Source: Candidatus Versatilivorator sp.
GTDB lineage: Bacteria; Acidobacteriota; Terriglobia; Versatilivoradales; Versatilivoraceae
DNA length: 64,000 nucleotides
NCBI GenBank assembly: GCA_965207735.1
Contig: OZ242296.1
Coordinates: 4,512,001-4,576,000 of the forward strand
Direction of reading: 5' to 3'
Each line of letters starts with the position of its first letter. Positions within the stretch are counted from its first letter, which is position 1. The position numbers and the translations under genes were made by a program. This document shows, in pieces, positions 52,248 through 61,118 of this stretch. Under the pieces are notes generated by a model. That model did no database searches and had not been told where the DNA came from. It worked only from the letters and a program-made list of their open reading frames with translations.

Positions 52248-53541
52248 GAGTCGCTCCTGGTTGGTCTGATCCGAGTTCCCATTGACTCTACAGCGCTTCG
52301 TGCCGGGGCCAAGGGGTATGGAACGGCCATTCTCCTGGCCGTGGGGTTGGCCTTCGTTGGGGAGCGCCCATCACCGCTGCCCGAACTATCTTGGTGAGGG
52401 CATCGGTTGCGGTATTCTTGCGAGTCGTGGATTGACTTTTGTAGGCCTGCGCCATAATCAGCAGCGGTCAGAAACTCAGTATGCAGTCAGCCCGTTGATG
52501 CGCCGGCCTAGTCGGCCGTCGTATCAATCGCAGCCAAATTCTACCGGTGACCATACCTTCATTTCAGAGGCGCTAACGTCAATCAGCGCCTCGTAGACTT
52601 CGCTGACCATGATTCCCATCAGACACCCGCTGTCGTGGAGCACTTTGCCGGGCGGCTGCGTTTTTCCGGTCCCTAACGTACCAGAGATACCCCGGAAGCC
52701 GTCACAGCTCCGACTTTCTTCTCAGAGGCGGATCTCTCTCCCTGTGGGCAAGATCCGATATTTCGGGTTGATCGAGCGAAACAAAGCCCGTATTTGCCCT
52801 GTGCTGCATCTTCTCGGGGGCCGGCGACCCGCAGTATCTGGGATTTCAGAGGACTGCGGGATCTTATCAGTATCATGAGCAATGGTTACGATGCTGTAGC
52901 ATGAAGCAGGAAAGGAGAGCGGCATAGCGATCTGCTTCCACTTTAAGAATCACTCTCTCATGGTCCTACCTTGGAGTCCCACCTCTCAAACATTCTATGG
53001 TATCTCAAATCACTGACTACAGGAATGTCGCACTAAAATGCACCTCGAAGCCGGTCCAGTAGAGGGGTTCAGCTCTAAGAAATCACGACCCGGGAGCTAC
53101 GTGAAAACATCGATGTCCAAAGCACCACCATCCCCGGACTTATTGAATTGCTTTTGGCCTCACGAAGCTTCGGCTCGATGTCTACTCCTGTCGTTTGGAT
53201 GCCCCGCTGTATGTCTTCGGATGAGCTGTTTTTTGCATACCGAACCTGATTCGGCAGGTGTGCATCGAGCCAAACTGGTTCACCGCGTGCAACTCTTCGG
53301 TTAGGGAATTGAAATAGCGAGGGGCTGTTGACTGTCCATAGCTCGTACAGCCTACACTCGGGCAAAGAGGTGCGACAAGTTACGGACCATCTTTCAATAC
53401 CAGCAGCCACCGCGAGTCTAGAGGGAGAGCAAATCCGGTGTGCTGGAGTATGCTGGACCCCAAGAAAGTCGATTTTAGAGCAAGTGTGGGCCTTGGTGTG
53501 GTGCGGAGCCGGCCTAAAAATTCCGGTCTAGGTGGACAGGC

Positions 53542-53949
53542 TCATTGATTGAGTCTCTGGGTACGGACGAGGGTGCGGTCGGGGGAGCGCTCGACGACCT
53601 CGGTAATGGTGGCGTTCCAGGAGTCCCCGGAGCTGGCCGTCACAGAGATAGTGAGGCCATCGAGGTCAAGAGGGAGGGTGCGGGTATCGCCCTGGAAGCG
53701 AGCGCCCCAGGCGCCGCCCTTGATCCTGGCGGGGGTCCATCCAGGCAGGGGGACAGGGGGCGCGGCCTTGACCGGCGCGACCGGCTCATTCGCGTCCGTG
53801 GGAGCGGGACCGAACTCGCGGTCGAGGGCCTCGTCGATGAGGGCGCGCAGCCAGGCGCCGACGTTGAGGTGTTGCTCGGTGCGGAGGCGCTGGAGACGTT
53901 GACGGGTTTTGGGAGAGACGCGGATATGAAGTGGAACACGGTGCAACAT
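53542..53949 (-). CDS. Small RHH/CopG-like DNA-binding protein of the element core
   Basis: LHIRVSPKTRQRLQRLR...NVGAWLRALIDEALD beta-alpha-alpha pattern; conserved in 57674-57949. Confidence 0.7.
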   Translation of the reverse strand: MLHRVPLHIRVSPKTRQRLQRLRTEQHLNVGAWLRALIDEALDREFGPAPTDANEPVAPVKAAPPVPLPGWTPARIKGGAWGARFQGDTRTLPLDLDGLTISVTASSGDSWNATITEVVERSPDRTLVRTQRLNQ

Positions 53950-54383
53950 AGGACACACATTAACACATAGAGCAACAAGAAGGTTACAACGCTACACGGA
54001 GACACACGCACCCACTGTGAGCGCGAAAAGGTGCTCGATGGCCTTCCCGCCAGGGATCACTGTGGAGGGAGCGACCCCGAAAAGGGGAGGGGAGGTGGTG
54101 GATTTTGGCGTGCGCCACCTCCCCCTGCCCGGTGGCGCACCAGCGCCAAAAACCAGGGGGTCGCTCCCTCCACTTCCTCCCCCTCCAGTCGCGGCGCACC
54201 GGCCGACGCGGGGACACGCCGGGCGCCGGCCCGCCACGGTTGTCGCAGCCGACGCGGGGAATCCGTGCCAACCCGCTTCCCATAAGGCTTTCCAGGCAAG
54301 GCCTCGACCACAGCAGCGAGGACGCGCCCTCTGAGAGAGAAGCGTTGTGGTGGTCAAAAGCGTGCGCCACCTAAGTGAGCCAC
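53950..54383. other. Conserved structured non-coding region (candidate origin or ncRNA)
   Basis: 17-bp inverted repeat GTGGAGGGAGCGACCCC/GGGGTCGCTCCCTCCAC enclosing nested hairpins; second copy at 57950-58407. Confidence 0.6.
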
Positions 54384-55379
54384 CTACGTGAGCCGCCCCC
54401 CTTTTGAAAGGTGGCCACCCATACGACGGCATCTGCTTGACCCCCAGAGGCGGAAATCGTCGATCATTCCCAGGCGCTGGGGCTCCGGCGCTGCCTGCTT
54501 CAATTGGTTGATTTTCTTCAGGGCGGCATTGAGCCCGCCATAGCGTTCGACTGTTTCCCAGTCGGCGCTGGAGACAGCCCACCGGAGATTGAGAAGCTCT
54601 CTGCCGGCCTCGGTCAGGTCTCCGCCTACCCAGGATCGCATCACCCGCTCGGCGCGGTCCAGCAGTTCCTGCTCCCAGGCGACCGCAACCACCTCGACCC
54701 GCCACCCTAACTCTCGGAGCATCTGCCAGAGCGGCCGGTGGGCCTCTCTCCAGGAGTCCAGCTCCGTACGGGTTCCCATGCCGGGGTCGATGTAGACGAA
54801 CAGAGCCGCCTCCGGCCCCATGGCAACCGGCATCCTGAGGGGGAAATACTGAACCCGCCCCTTGGCATGGCCGGCGTAGATCGTGCGGGGCAGCATGAAT
54901 GGCTCGATCCCGAGCTGCTCAAAGCAAGCGAGCTTCTCCCGCTCTGTCGGCAGCCAAGACAACTCCGGATGATCGAGCACGAAATCGAGCGATAGCAGTC
55001 GCCGCCGGGTGACTTCAAGCGAGGTCTCCCGGCGGTGACGGATGGGGGGGATCTCCAGCTCCCGGTAGATCTGCTTGCCGAAGATCCGGCAAATCCGGCG
55101 GCCGTCGGTGACGGTCTCCGACGCTATCGGCTTGTGGGATATGCGTGTGCGGAGCAACGCCCGGATAAAGCGGTTGGCGCTGGACTTGGCGAATCCGAAG
55201 AAGGCCTCGACCTGGTCCCGGGTGAACAGGCCCGAGTGCAGGCAGACCAGGGTGATCCATTCGGCCTGTTGGGGGGTGAAGCCCAGAGGCCTCAGCAGTT
55301 GTTCCCGTCCCTTCAGGTGAGGAAACTGCGCCGGTTCCTTGGGCCGGCCGGCCTGGAGAAAGGTCATCAGGATTCCCAT
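54384..55379 (-). CDS. Hypothetical protein, possibly replication-relaxation-like (wHTH N-terminus)
   Basis: Open 331-aa ORF directly after the integrase; three degenerate copies elsewhere in the window; the family call is by resemblance only. Confidence 0.7.
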   Translation of the reverse strand: MGILMTFLQAGRPKEPAQFPHLKGREQLLRPLGFTPQQAEWITLVCLHSGLFTRDQVEAFFGFAKSSANRFIRALLRTRISHKPIASETVTDGRRICRIFGKQIYRELEIPPIRHRRETSLEVTRRRLLSLDFVLDHPELSWLPTEREKLACFEQLGIEPFMLPRTIYAGHAKGRVQYFPLRMPVAMGPEAALFVYIDPGMGTRTELDSWREAHRPLWQMLRELGWRVEVVAVAWEQELLDRAERVMRSWVGGDLTEAGRELLNLRWAVSSADWETVERYGGLNAALKKINQLKQAAPEPQRLGMIDDFRLWGSSRCRRMGGHLSKGGRLT

Positions 55380-55487
55380 GGGGTTCCACAGGGGGAAATA
55401 CGGGGGTTCAGCGGGAAGCTGCGTTTCACCGCCAAAGAGCAGGGAGATGTCAATGGATCGTTCCAGAACCGATCCGCTTGGACCTCT

Positions 55488-56720
55488 TTACTTTCGGGGC
55501 TCCCGGTCCTCCCCCATCCCCTGGTACAGGTAACGCGCCCAGTCGTCCATCAACGTGCGCCGGCGCTCGAACAGGTCCGAGCGGGCATAGGCTGCCTCCA
55601 CCCGGTTCCGGACCACATGCGCCAGGGCCGCCTCGATCACCTCCCGGGGATGATTGGTCTCCTCACCTGCCCAGTCACGGAAACTGGAGCGGAAACCGTG
55701 CGGCACGGCTGCAATGCCAAGCTCGCGCAGCATCCACCGCAGCTGCTTGGCATCGAGAGGCTTCCCGCCCCTATAGGTGAACACCAGCGGACCGTCGCCC
55801 TCTCCGAGTGCCTGGGCCTCCTCGAGAATCTCCAGGGCACGTCCGCACAGCGGCACCCGATGCTGGCGGTTGGTCTTCATCCGCCTGGCCGGAATGGTCC
55901 ACACCCTCCCGCTGCGATCGATCTCCGCCCACTCCGCCCACCGCACCTCGCCCCACCTGGCTGCCGTCAGCACCAGGAGCTCGAAGGCCAGCTTGGCGGC
56001 CTCCAATGCCGTCGATCCCCGCACCGTCCCGATAGCGGCAGCCACCTCCCGATGCGGTAAGGCCTTCATGTGCCGGGCAACGTGTTGTTGGACACCCAGA
56101 ACCGGTCCGATCCGGTCGCAGGGGTTGTCGAGGCGGTACTCCATGGCCACGGCCCATTCCAGGACCGCACGCAGGCGCAGGCGCACCCGCCGGGCCGTCT
56201 CCGCCTTCCGGTGCCAGATGGGCGTGAGGATCTCGAGCACGTCGGCGCTGCTGACCTCGGAGACCGGCACCTTGCCGATGCGCGGGAAGGTCACCCGCCT
56301 CAAGCTCGACAGCCACTCGCGGGCGTGGTCCCGACTGCGCCAGCCGGCCTGCTTCTGTTCCAGCACAAGCGAAGCAGCTTCGGCGAACGTAGGGATACCC
56401 TCCGTCCGTCGCCTCTCCGCCAGAGGGTCTCCGCCCTCACGGGCGAGCTTGCGGTTGGCGAGCGCCTTCTCCCGGGCCTCGGCCAGGGGAACGAGGGCGA
56501 GGCTGCCGAGTCCGAGCTCACGGCGGCGGCCACGGATGACGAGGCGTTGAATCCAGCTGCGGGTTCCGGTAGGCTGGACGAAGAGGTAGAGGCCGTTGCC
56601 GTCGGCGTGTCTTCCGGGCGGAGCGGAGCGGAGGAAAGAGGCCGAGAGGGCCTTTTGGGGATGGCGGCCGGTGGGCTTCATCCCGGTTAACGGTCGGTGT
56701 GAGTTGTTTACTGCATCCAT
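55488..56720 (-). CDS. P4-like tyrosine integrase with arm-DNA-binding domain
   Basis: DGNGLYL/ELGLG arm domain; catalytic R (TAARWGE), K (MKT), HGFR, LAH and Y (AAYAR). Confidence 0.95.
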   Translation of the reverse strand: MDAVNNSHRPLTGMKPTGRHPQKALSASFLRSAPPGRHADGNGLYLFVQPTGTRSWIQRLVIRGRRRELGLGSLALVPLAEAREKALANRKLAREGGDPLAERRRTEGIPTFAEAASLVLEQKQAGWRSRDHAREWLSSLRRVTFPRIGKVPVSEVSSADVLEILTPIWHRKAETARRVRLRLRAVLEWAVAMEYRLDNPCDRIGPVLGVQQHVARHMKALPHREVAAAIGTVRGSTALEAAKLAFELLVLTAARWGEVRWAEWAEIDRSGRVWTIPARRMKTNRQHRVPLCGRALEILEEAQALGEGDGPLVFTYRGGKPLDAKQLRWMLRELGIAAVPHGFRSSFRDWAGEETNHPREVIEAALAHVVRNRVEAAYARSDLFERRRTLMDDWARYLYQGMGEDREPRK

Positions 56721-56870
56721 TCCCCCATTATATGGGGGATGGTAGTGGATTACAAGAGATGATGCAGGAGGGTAAAGCCGCTGGAGTTCAGAGATAAACT
56801 ACTGATAAAAAAACCGTTATAAACGTTACTGGACGCCGATAGACCTTACTGGAATATGAGTGACCGTTAA

Positions 56871-57545
56871 CTACGCGGCTAAGGCAGTGCAGAGCTCACA
56901 CGACCCCGGGCTTCCACCCGGGGCTACACGAGACCGCAGCTACGCTGCTCTAAAAGGATGGCTTGCAGGTGAGGTTTCCTCGGACGACCCACGCCAACCG
57001 CCGCATACGCGGCTCTCCCCTAACCCACGACACTGCCGGTGGATAGGATTTTTCAAATGATTGTCTCCGGGCGTCCGCTCCCCAATTCCGCAAAACGTCG
57101 TTCAAGAAACTCAAGTATCACTCCCCCCTTGAGGAGGAGTCGCAGAAGCCGAGCCGAATGGCGAAGGCTGTTGCGGTGGGGGGCCAACGCGGCGCCTGCG
57201 AGTGGGAGCGCCGTATATAGGGGACGAAGCTCTTAATCCGCCGCTGGGGCGGCGCAGCACTCACACGACCCCGGGCTTCCACCCGGGGCTACCCTGAGCC
57301 GCAGCTACGCTGCTCTATAAGGATGGCTTGCAGGCGACCTTGTCTCAGGCATCCCATGCCAACCGCCGCATTCGCTGCTCTCCCCTAACCCACAACACTG
57401 CCAGGGGGTAAGAATTTTTCGGTTCATTATCCCCGCGCGCTAGCCAGAGGGTCAATGCGAGCCGCGAAGCGGCGGCAGCAGGTAGCCGTGGGCGTCAGCC
57501 CATGGAAACGGGTAGCGAATCTCCCGAGCCGCGTAGGCGGCGACT
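56871..57545. repeat. REP cluster: two ~190-bp direct units (56871-57060 and 57221-57420), one REPIN arm, and an inverted REP unit (57459-57545)
   Basis: Shared CTCACACGACCCCGGG...GCAGCTACGCTGCTCT...CCCCTAACCCAC. Confidence 0.85.
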
Positions 57546-57673
57546 ACATCAGAAAACTTGTAACTGCTCATTATAATAGACTTATTGTGGTTTGTCCTGT
57601 TGTAATCCCCTCATTATATCCCTCTATTTGAACGGGAATCCACTGGACTTTTCGGGACGTTGGTGGACAGGTC

Positions 57674-57949
57674 TTACGATGTTGCAACCCCCGAGACTCT
57701 GCCTCCGAGACCGTCGAGCCGGGTGGTAGGCTGCCCTTGGGTTCGGATCGGAGATATCGGGTTGTGAGCATCCTCCAGCCTTGCCCTTCTCGGCCTCTGG
57801 CCATCTGTAGTCTTCTGTTCTTCGAGGGCTTCATAGACGAGGGCGCGCAGCCAGGAGCCGACGTTGAGGTGCCGCTGGATGACGAGGCACTGGAAACCTT
57901 GACGGGTTTCGGGAGAGACATGGATATGAAGCGGTACACGGTGCAACAT
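57674..57949 (-). pseudogene. RHH gene copy fused to the element-end sequence
   Basis: MLHRVPLHIHVSPETRQ...LVYEALE is homologous to 53542-53949, then diverges. Confidence 0.65.
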
Positions 57950-58407
57950 AGAGACACACAACAACACATGGAGCGACAAGCAGGTTACAACGCTACACAA
58001 CGCTACATGGAGACACACGCAGCCACCGTGAGCGCGAAAAAGTGCTCGATGGCCTTCCCGCCAGGGATCACTGTGGTGGGAGCGACCCCGGAAAGGGGAG
58101 GGGAGGTGGTGGATTTTGGCGTGCACCACCTAACCCTGCCCGGTGCCGCACCAGCGGCAAAAATGAGGGGGTCGCTCCCTCCACTTCCTGCCCCTCCTGT
58201 GCGACGCCACGACGTGCCATGCGAGGCGGGGACGCGCGGCGCCGGCACCGCACTGCGCTTTACCGTAGAGGAGTCGGGGAATCCGTGCCAACGCGGGTCC
58301 AATAAGGATTTCCAAGCACAACCTGGACCACAACGGCGAGGGCTACACCCTCCGAGAGTGGAGCGTTGGAGTGGTCAAAAGCGTGAGCCACTTGGTGCGC
58401 CACCTGT

Positions 58408-58700
58408 GTGAGCCACCCCCCATCGGAAAGGTGGCCACCCATACGACGCCACGTCCTTGACCCCCCGAGGCGGAAAACGTCAATCATTTCACGGCCGTTG
58501 GAAGCCGGGCTTTCCTGCTCCTATTGGACGATATTCTCCATGATGACATCGAGGCCGCCATGGCGTTCGACGGTGTCCCAACCGGCATCAGCGATGGCTT
58601 GCCGCAGCCCGGTCGCGTCTGTCTTGGCCGCTGCCGGGTCTCGGGTTGTCCAGGCCTGGAGAACGCGCTGGGTGAGTCGAGGTGTTGCTGGCCCCAAGCG
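58408..58700 (-). pseudogene. Rep-like gene C-terminal remnant with internal stop
   Basis: LRQAIADAGWDTVERHGGLD...*...MIDVFRLGGSRTWRRMGGHLSDGG. Confidence 0.8.
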
Positions 58701-58828
58701 ACCGCAGAGACTTCGACAGTCCGGCTTGCCTTGCAATCGGCTGCTTGAATATAGTGGGTCTTATCCGTTCAAGAAATCGGGGGCGGTACAGCCTGTCGCG
58801 GCAGCGATATCTACGACCTAATGCCGAG

Positions 58829-59050
58829 TCAAACTACATCACGAGGCCACTCTGGAAGGTAGTTGTGTTTTTGAACAATGGCAAGTTCTGTGGATGCGAA
58901 AAACTGACTACAATGCAGTTCGTTATTTGGCCCCTGTGACCATTTGCACAGCACGGATCCATCACATCGGACTTCAGCCACTATCATAATGGGTTCCTTC
59001 TGATCCTTTTTCTGAACTGAATCGCCGACTTGGAATTGTTCTGTGCTCAT
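58829..59050 (-). CDS. Small DUF2158/YodC-like protein
   Basis: FQVGDSVQ.K...P.M.V......V.C.W pattern. Confidence 0.6.
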   Translation of the reverse strand: MSTEQFQVGDSVQKKDQKEPIMIVAEVRCDGSVLCKWSQGPNNELHCSQFFASTELAIVQKHNYLPEWPRDVV

Positions 59051-59343
59051 TGATGTCTCCGTGAATTTGCCTCCTAATTCACGAGAATTCCTGTCCTTTT
59101 CCGGATGGGTGTTCTGTGGCCGCCCCCTAGTCCGCACCCGAAGAGCCGGCGACGAGACTGTCGCATCCAAGACAACCTCTTGACATAACGACGTGATGGA
59201 AGGCCCGTGTGTCTCTATTCTATCTCTTCCGCAGCTGATACTCCCTTGCTCTCTCAAGGAAAGCGGGTTGAAACGTTAGCTGTTCCTTGTCAAGCAATAT
59301 CGCCTCTGCTCTTCGGGCTTGTCCGGCAGCCGGGACTACTCCG

Positions 59344-59988
59344 TCAGCGGGTCGCCTTGCCGTTGCCAATCTCCCTACACTTCCTGATCGCCTCTCTTGC
59401 TCCTGCCAGTGGAAAGACAAAGTAGGTTTCGCCCAATCCAGACCATCTAGTTTCCAATCGAAACTCCTGGTGTTTCGACAGCCGGCGCCAGAAGTCTTTC
59501 TTGCTTAAAATTCCCCTGAAACGCCTTCGTAGACCCGCCGTTAAATCGCCTGCTTCAAGTATCCCTGGAGGACTACCACACTGAACAAATCGTTCTCCAG
59601 GGCCATGGTAGAACAGCATTGTTTTTACGTCACCGTCCCACCCACTCCGAAAATAATAATAGACCATTCCAGCGAAACGTTGGCTATTCTTACCCCCAAC
59701 AAAATTAGGCTCTTGATTGAAGCGGATTCGGATTCTGGTTCTTCCACGATTGCAGTGTATCGCAATCTGGCTTTCCACCTCTCCGTATGACTCCGCCGGC
59801 ACCATTGGAGAGAGTGCAATGCCAGTAATGACTCCCGTCAGTGGATGGGGCTCTGCGGCAACTCTCCATCGCTCCATTGTCCGTCCTTCACTGCCACCCC
59901 CGGCCGCAGCCGTCAGAGCCAACACGGATGAAGTCAGGAAAACCCCTGCGATGGCTACCCTGACCAGTTGCTTGCTATTCATCGTCAA
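59344..59988 (-). CDS. Secreted hypothetical protein
   Basis: Signal peptide, RBS GAGGAGG, lower GC. Confidence 0.65.
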   Translation of the reverse strand: MTMNSKQLVRVAIAGVFLTSSVLALTAAAGGGSEGRTMERWRVAAEPHPLTGVITGIALSPMVPAESYGEVESQIAIHCNRGRTRIRIRFNQEPNFVGGKNSQRFAGMVYYYFRSGWDGDVKTMLFYHGPGERFVQCGSPPGILEAGDLTAGLRRRFRGILSKKDFWRRLSKHQEFRLETRWSGLGETYFVFPLAGAREAIRKCREIGNGKATR

Positions 59989-60269
59989 AACCCTCCTCTT
60001 TTTCCCACTACCCCTACAGATGGAACGTCTCAGAGCGCCTGGAGCGGTTTCCGAGGTAATCTAGTATGCCGGGTCCGGGAAAGTCCAGCCTGACCCCCAA
60101 AGCGCAAGGATTGAAGGGACGCCACTCACCCCGTGAATCGGCAGAATTGCACGCTTCCGGGCCACGATTGAGACCCTGAACCGATCTGCGGCCCGGACGT
60201 GACGCGGGGTCCGGATCGGCATCGTTTTCCGGGGTGCTACGGGTCGCGCAGCCTTGCCGCAGGGGACGA

Positions 60270-60660
60270 AGGAAGCGGAAGTGATGGGATCGCCGTCGTA
60301 CGCCACGGCGGCCTCGATGCCGTCGTAGATAGGATCGACCAGGCGAAGGAGGAAACGGCGGCTGCGGCCGGCGGGATGGGTCGACGCTTTCCGCCTCTGG
60401 GGGTCAAGCAGATGCCGTCAGATGCCGCCACCTTTCCGACGGGGGGGTGGCGGTCTGACTTGGCGGCGATCCTGATACGCACAACGCCTTTCTCTCAGAG
60501 GGGCGAAGACCTCGCCGTTGTGGCGGGGGACTTCCCTGAAGCGCTGTACCAGACGTGGGACAACACGGATTTCCCGCGTCCGCTACGGAAAAGCGAAGCG
60601 AGGCTGCGCCTCGCGCGTTCCCCCTCGCACGGCCCGGTGGCGCGCCGTGCGAGGCGGGGA
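60270..60660 (+). pseudogene. Inverted relic of the Rep-like C-terminus plus downstream non-coding region
   Basis: VVRHGGLDAVVDRIDQAK and CCGCCTCTGGGGGTCAAGCAGATGCCGTC match 54384-54560 on the opposite strand. Confidence 0.75.
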
Positions 60661-60696
60661 CAGCGGGGCCGGCGGCGCACCGCGTAGTGCCGGGGA

Positions 60697-60733
60697 GCCA
60701 GCCTACCCAATGTAATACATTGGGTAGGCTGGC
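60697..60733. repeat. Perfect 18-bp-arm palindrome
   Basis: GCCAGCCTACCCAATGTA-A-TACATTGGGTAGGCTGGC. Confidence 0.9.
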
Positions 60734-60848
60734 GAGGGGCTCCGGCCCCTTCGAACCCCCGACCGGGGGGAACACCCCCCTGCCCCCATCATCCCCGTCG
60801 CTCCCTTTTCCCTCTCCCGGGAACTTCGATCCTGACTCTCACCCTGGC

Positions 60849-61095
60849 TTACCCCGGGCAACCGATCCCCGGGGCCAGGTAACGCGCCTGGTCGTCCATC
60901 AGGACACGCCGGCGCTCGAACAGGTCCGAGCGGGCATAGGCCGCCTCCACACGGTTGCGGACCACATGCGCCAGGGCTGCCTCGATCACCTCCCGGGGAT
61001 AATCGGTCTCGTCGGCTGCCCAGTCCCGGATGGTAGAGCGGAAGCCGTGCGGCACCACCGCAATCCCAAGCTGGCGCAGCAGGCGGCGAACCGCG
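60849..61095 (-). pseudogene. C-terminal remnant of a P4-type integrase
   Basis: VPHGFRSTIRDWAADET...LAHVVRNRVEAAYARSDLFERRR. Confidence 0.88.
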
Positions 61096-61118
61096 CTGTC
61101 ATGTAAAGCTTTGTCCCG

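Larger units (their letters stand above)
42020..56884 (-). mobile_element. Integrative element (~14.85 kb) with P4-type integrase, inserted in a REP; defence-like cargo
   Basis: Direct repeat CTACGCGGCT(G/A)AGG at 42020-42033 and 56871-56884; the joined flanks reproduce the repeat unit at 57221-57420. Confidence 0.82.

Noticed and set aside
6695-57545. Repeat clusters as CRISPR arrays
   Set aside because: There is no regular repeat-spacer periodicity, the spacers are conserved rather than unique, and no cas genes are present.
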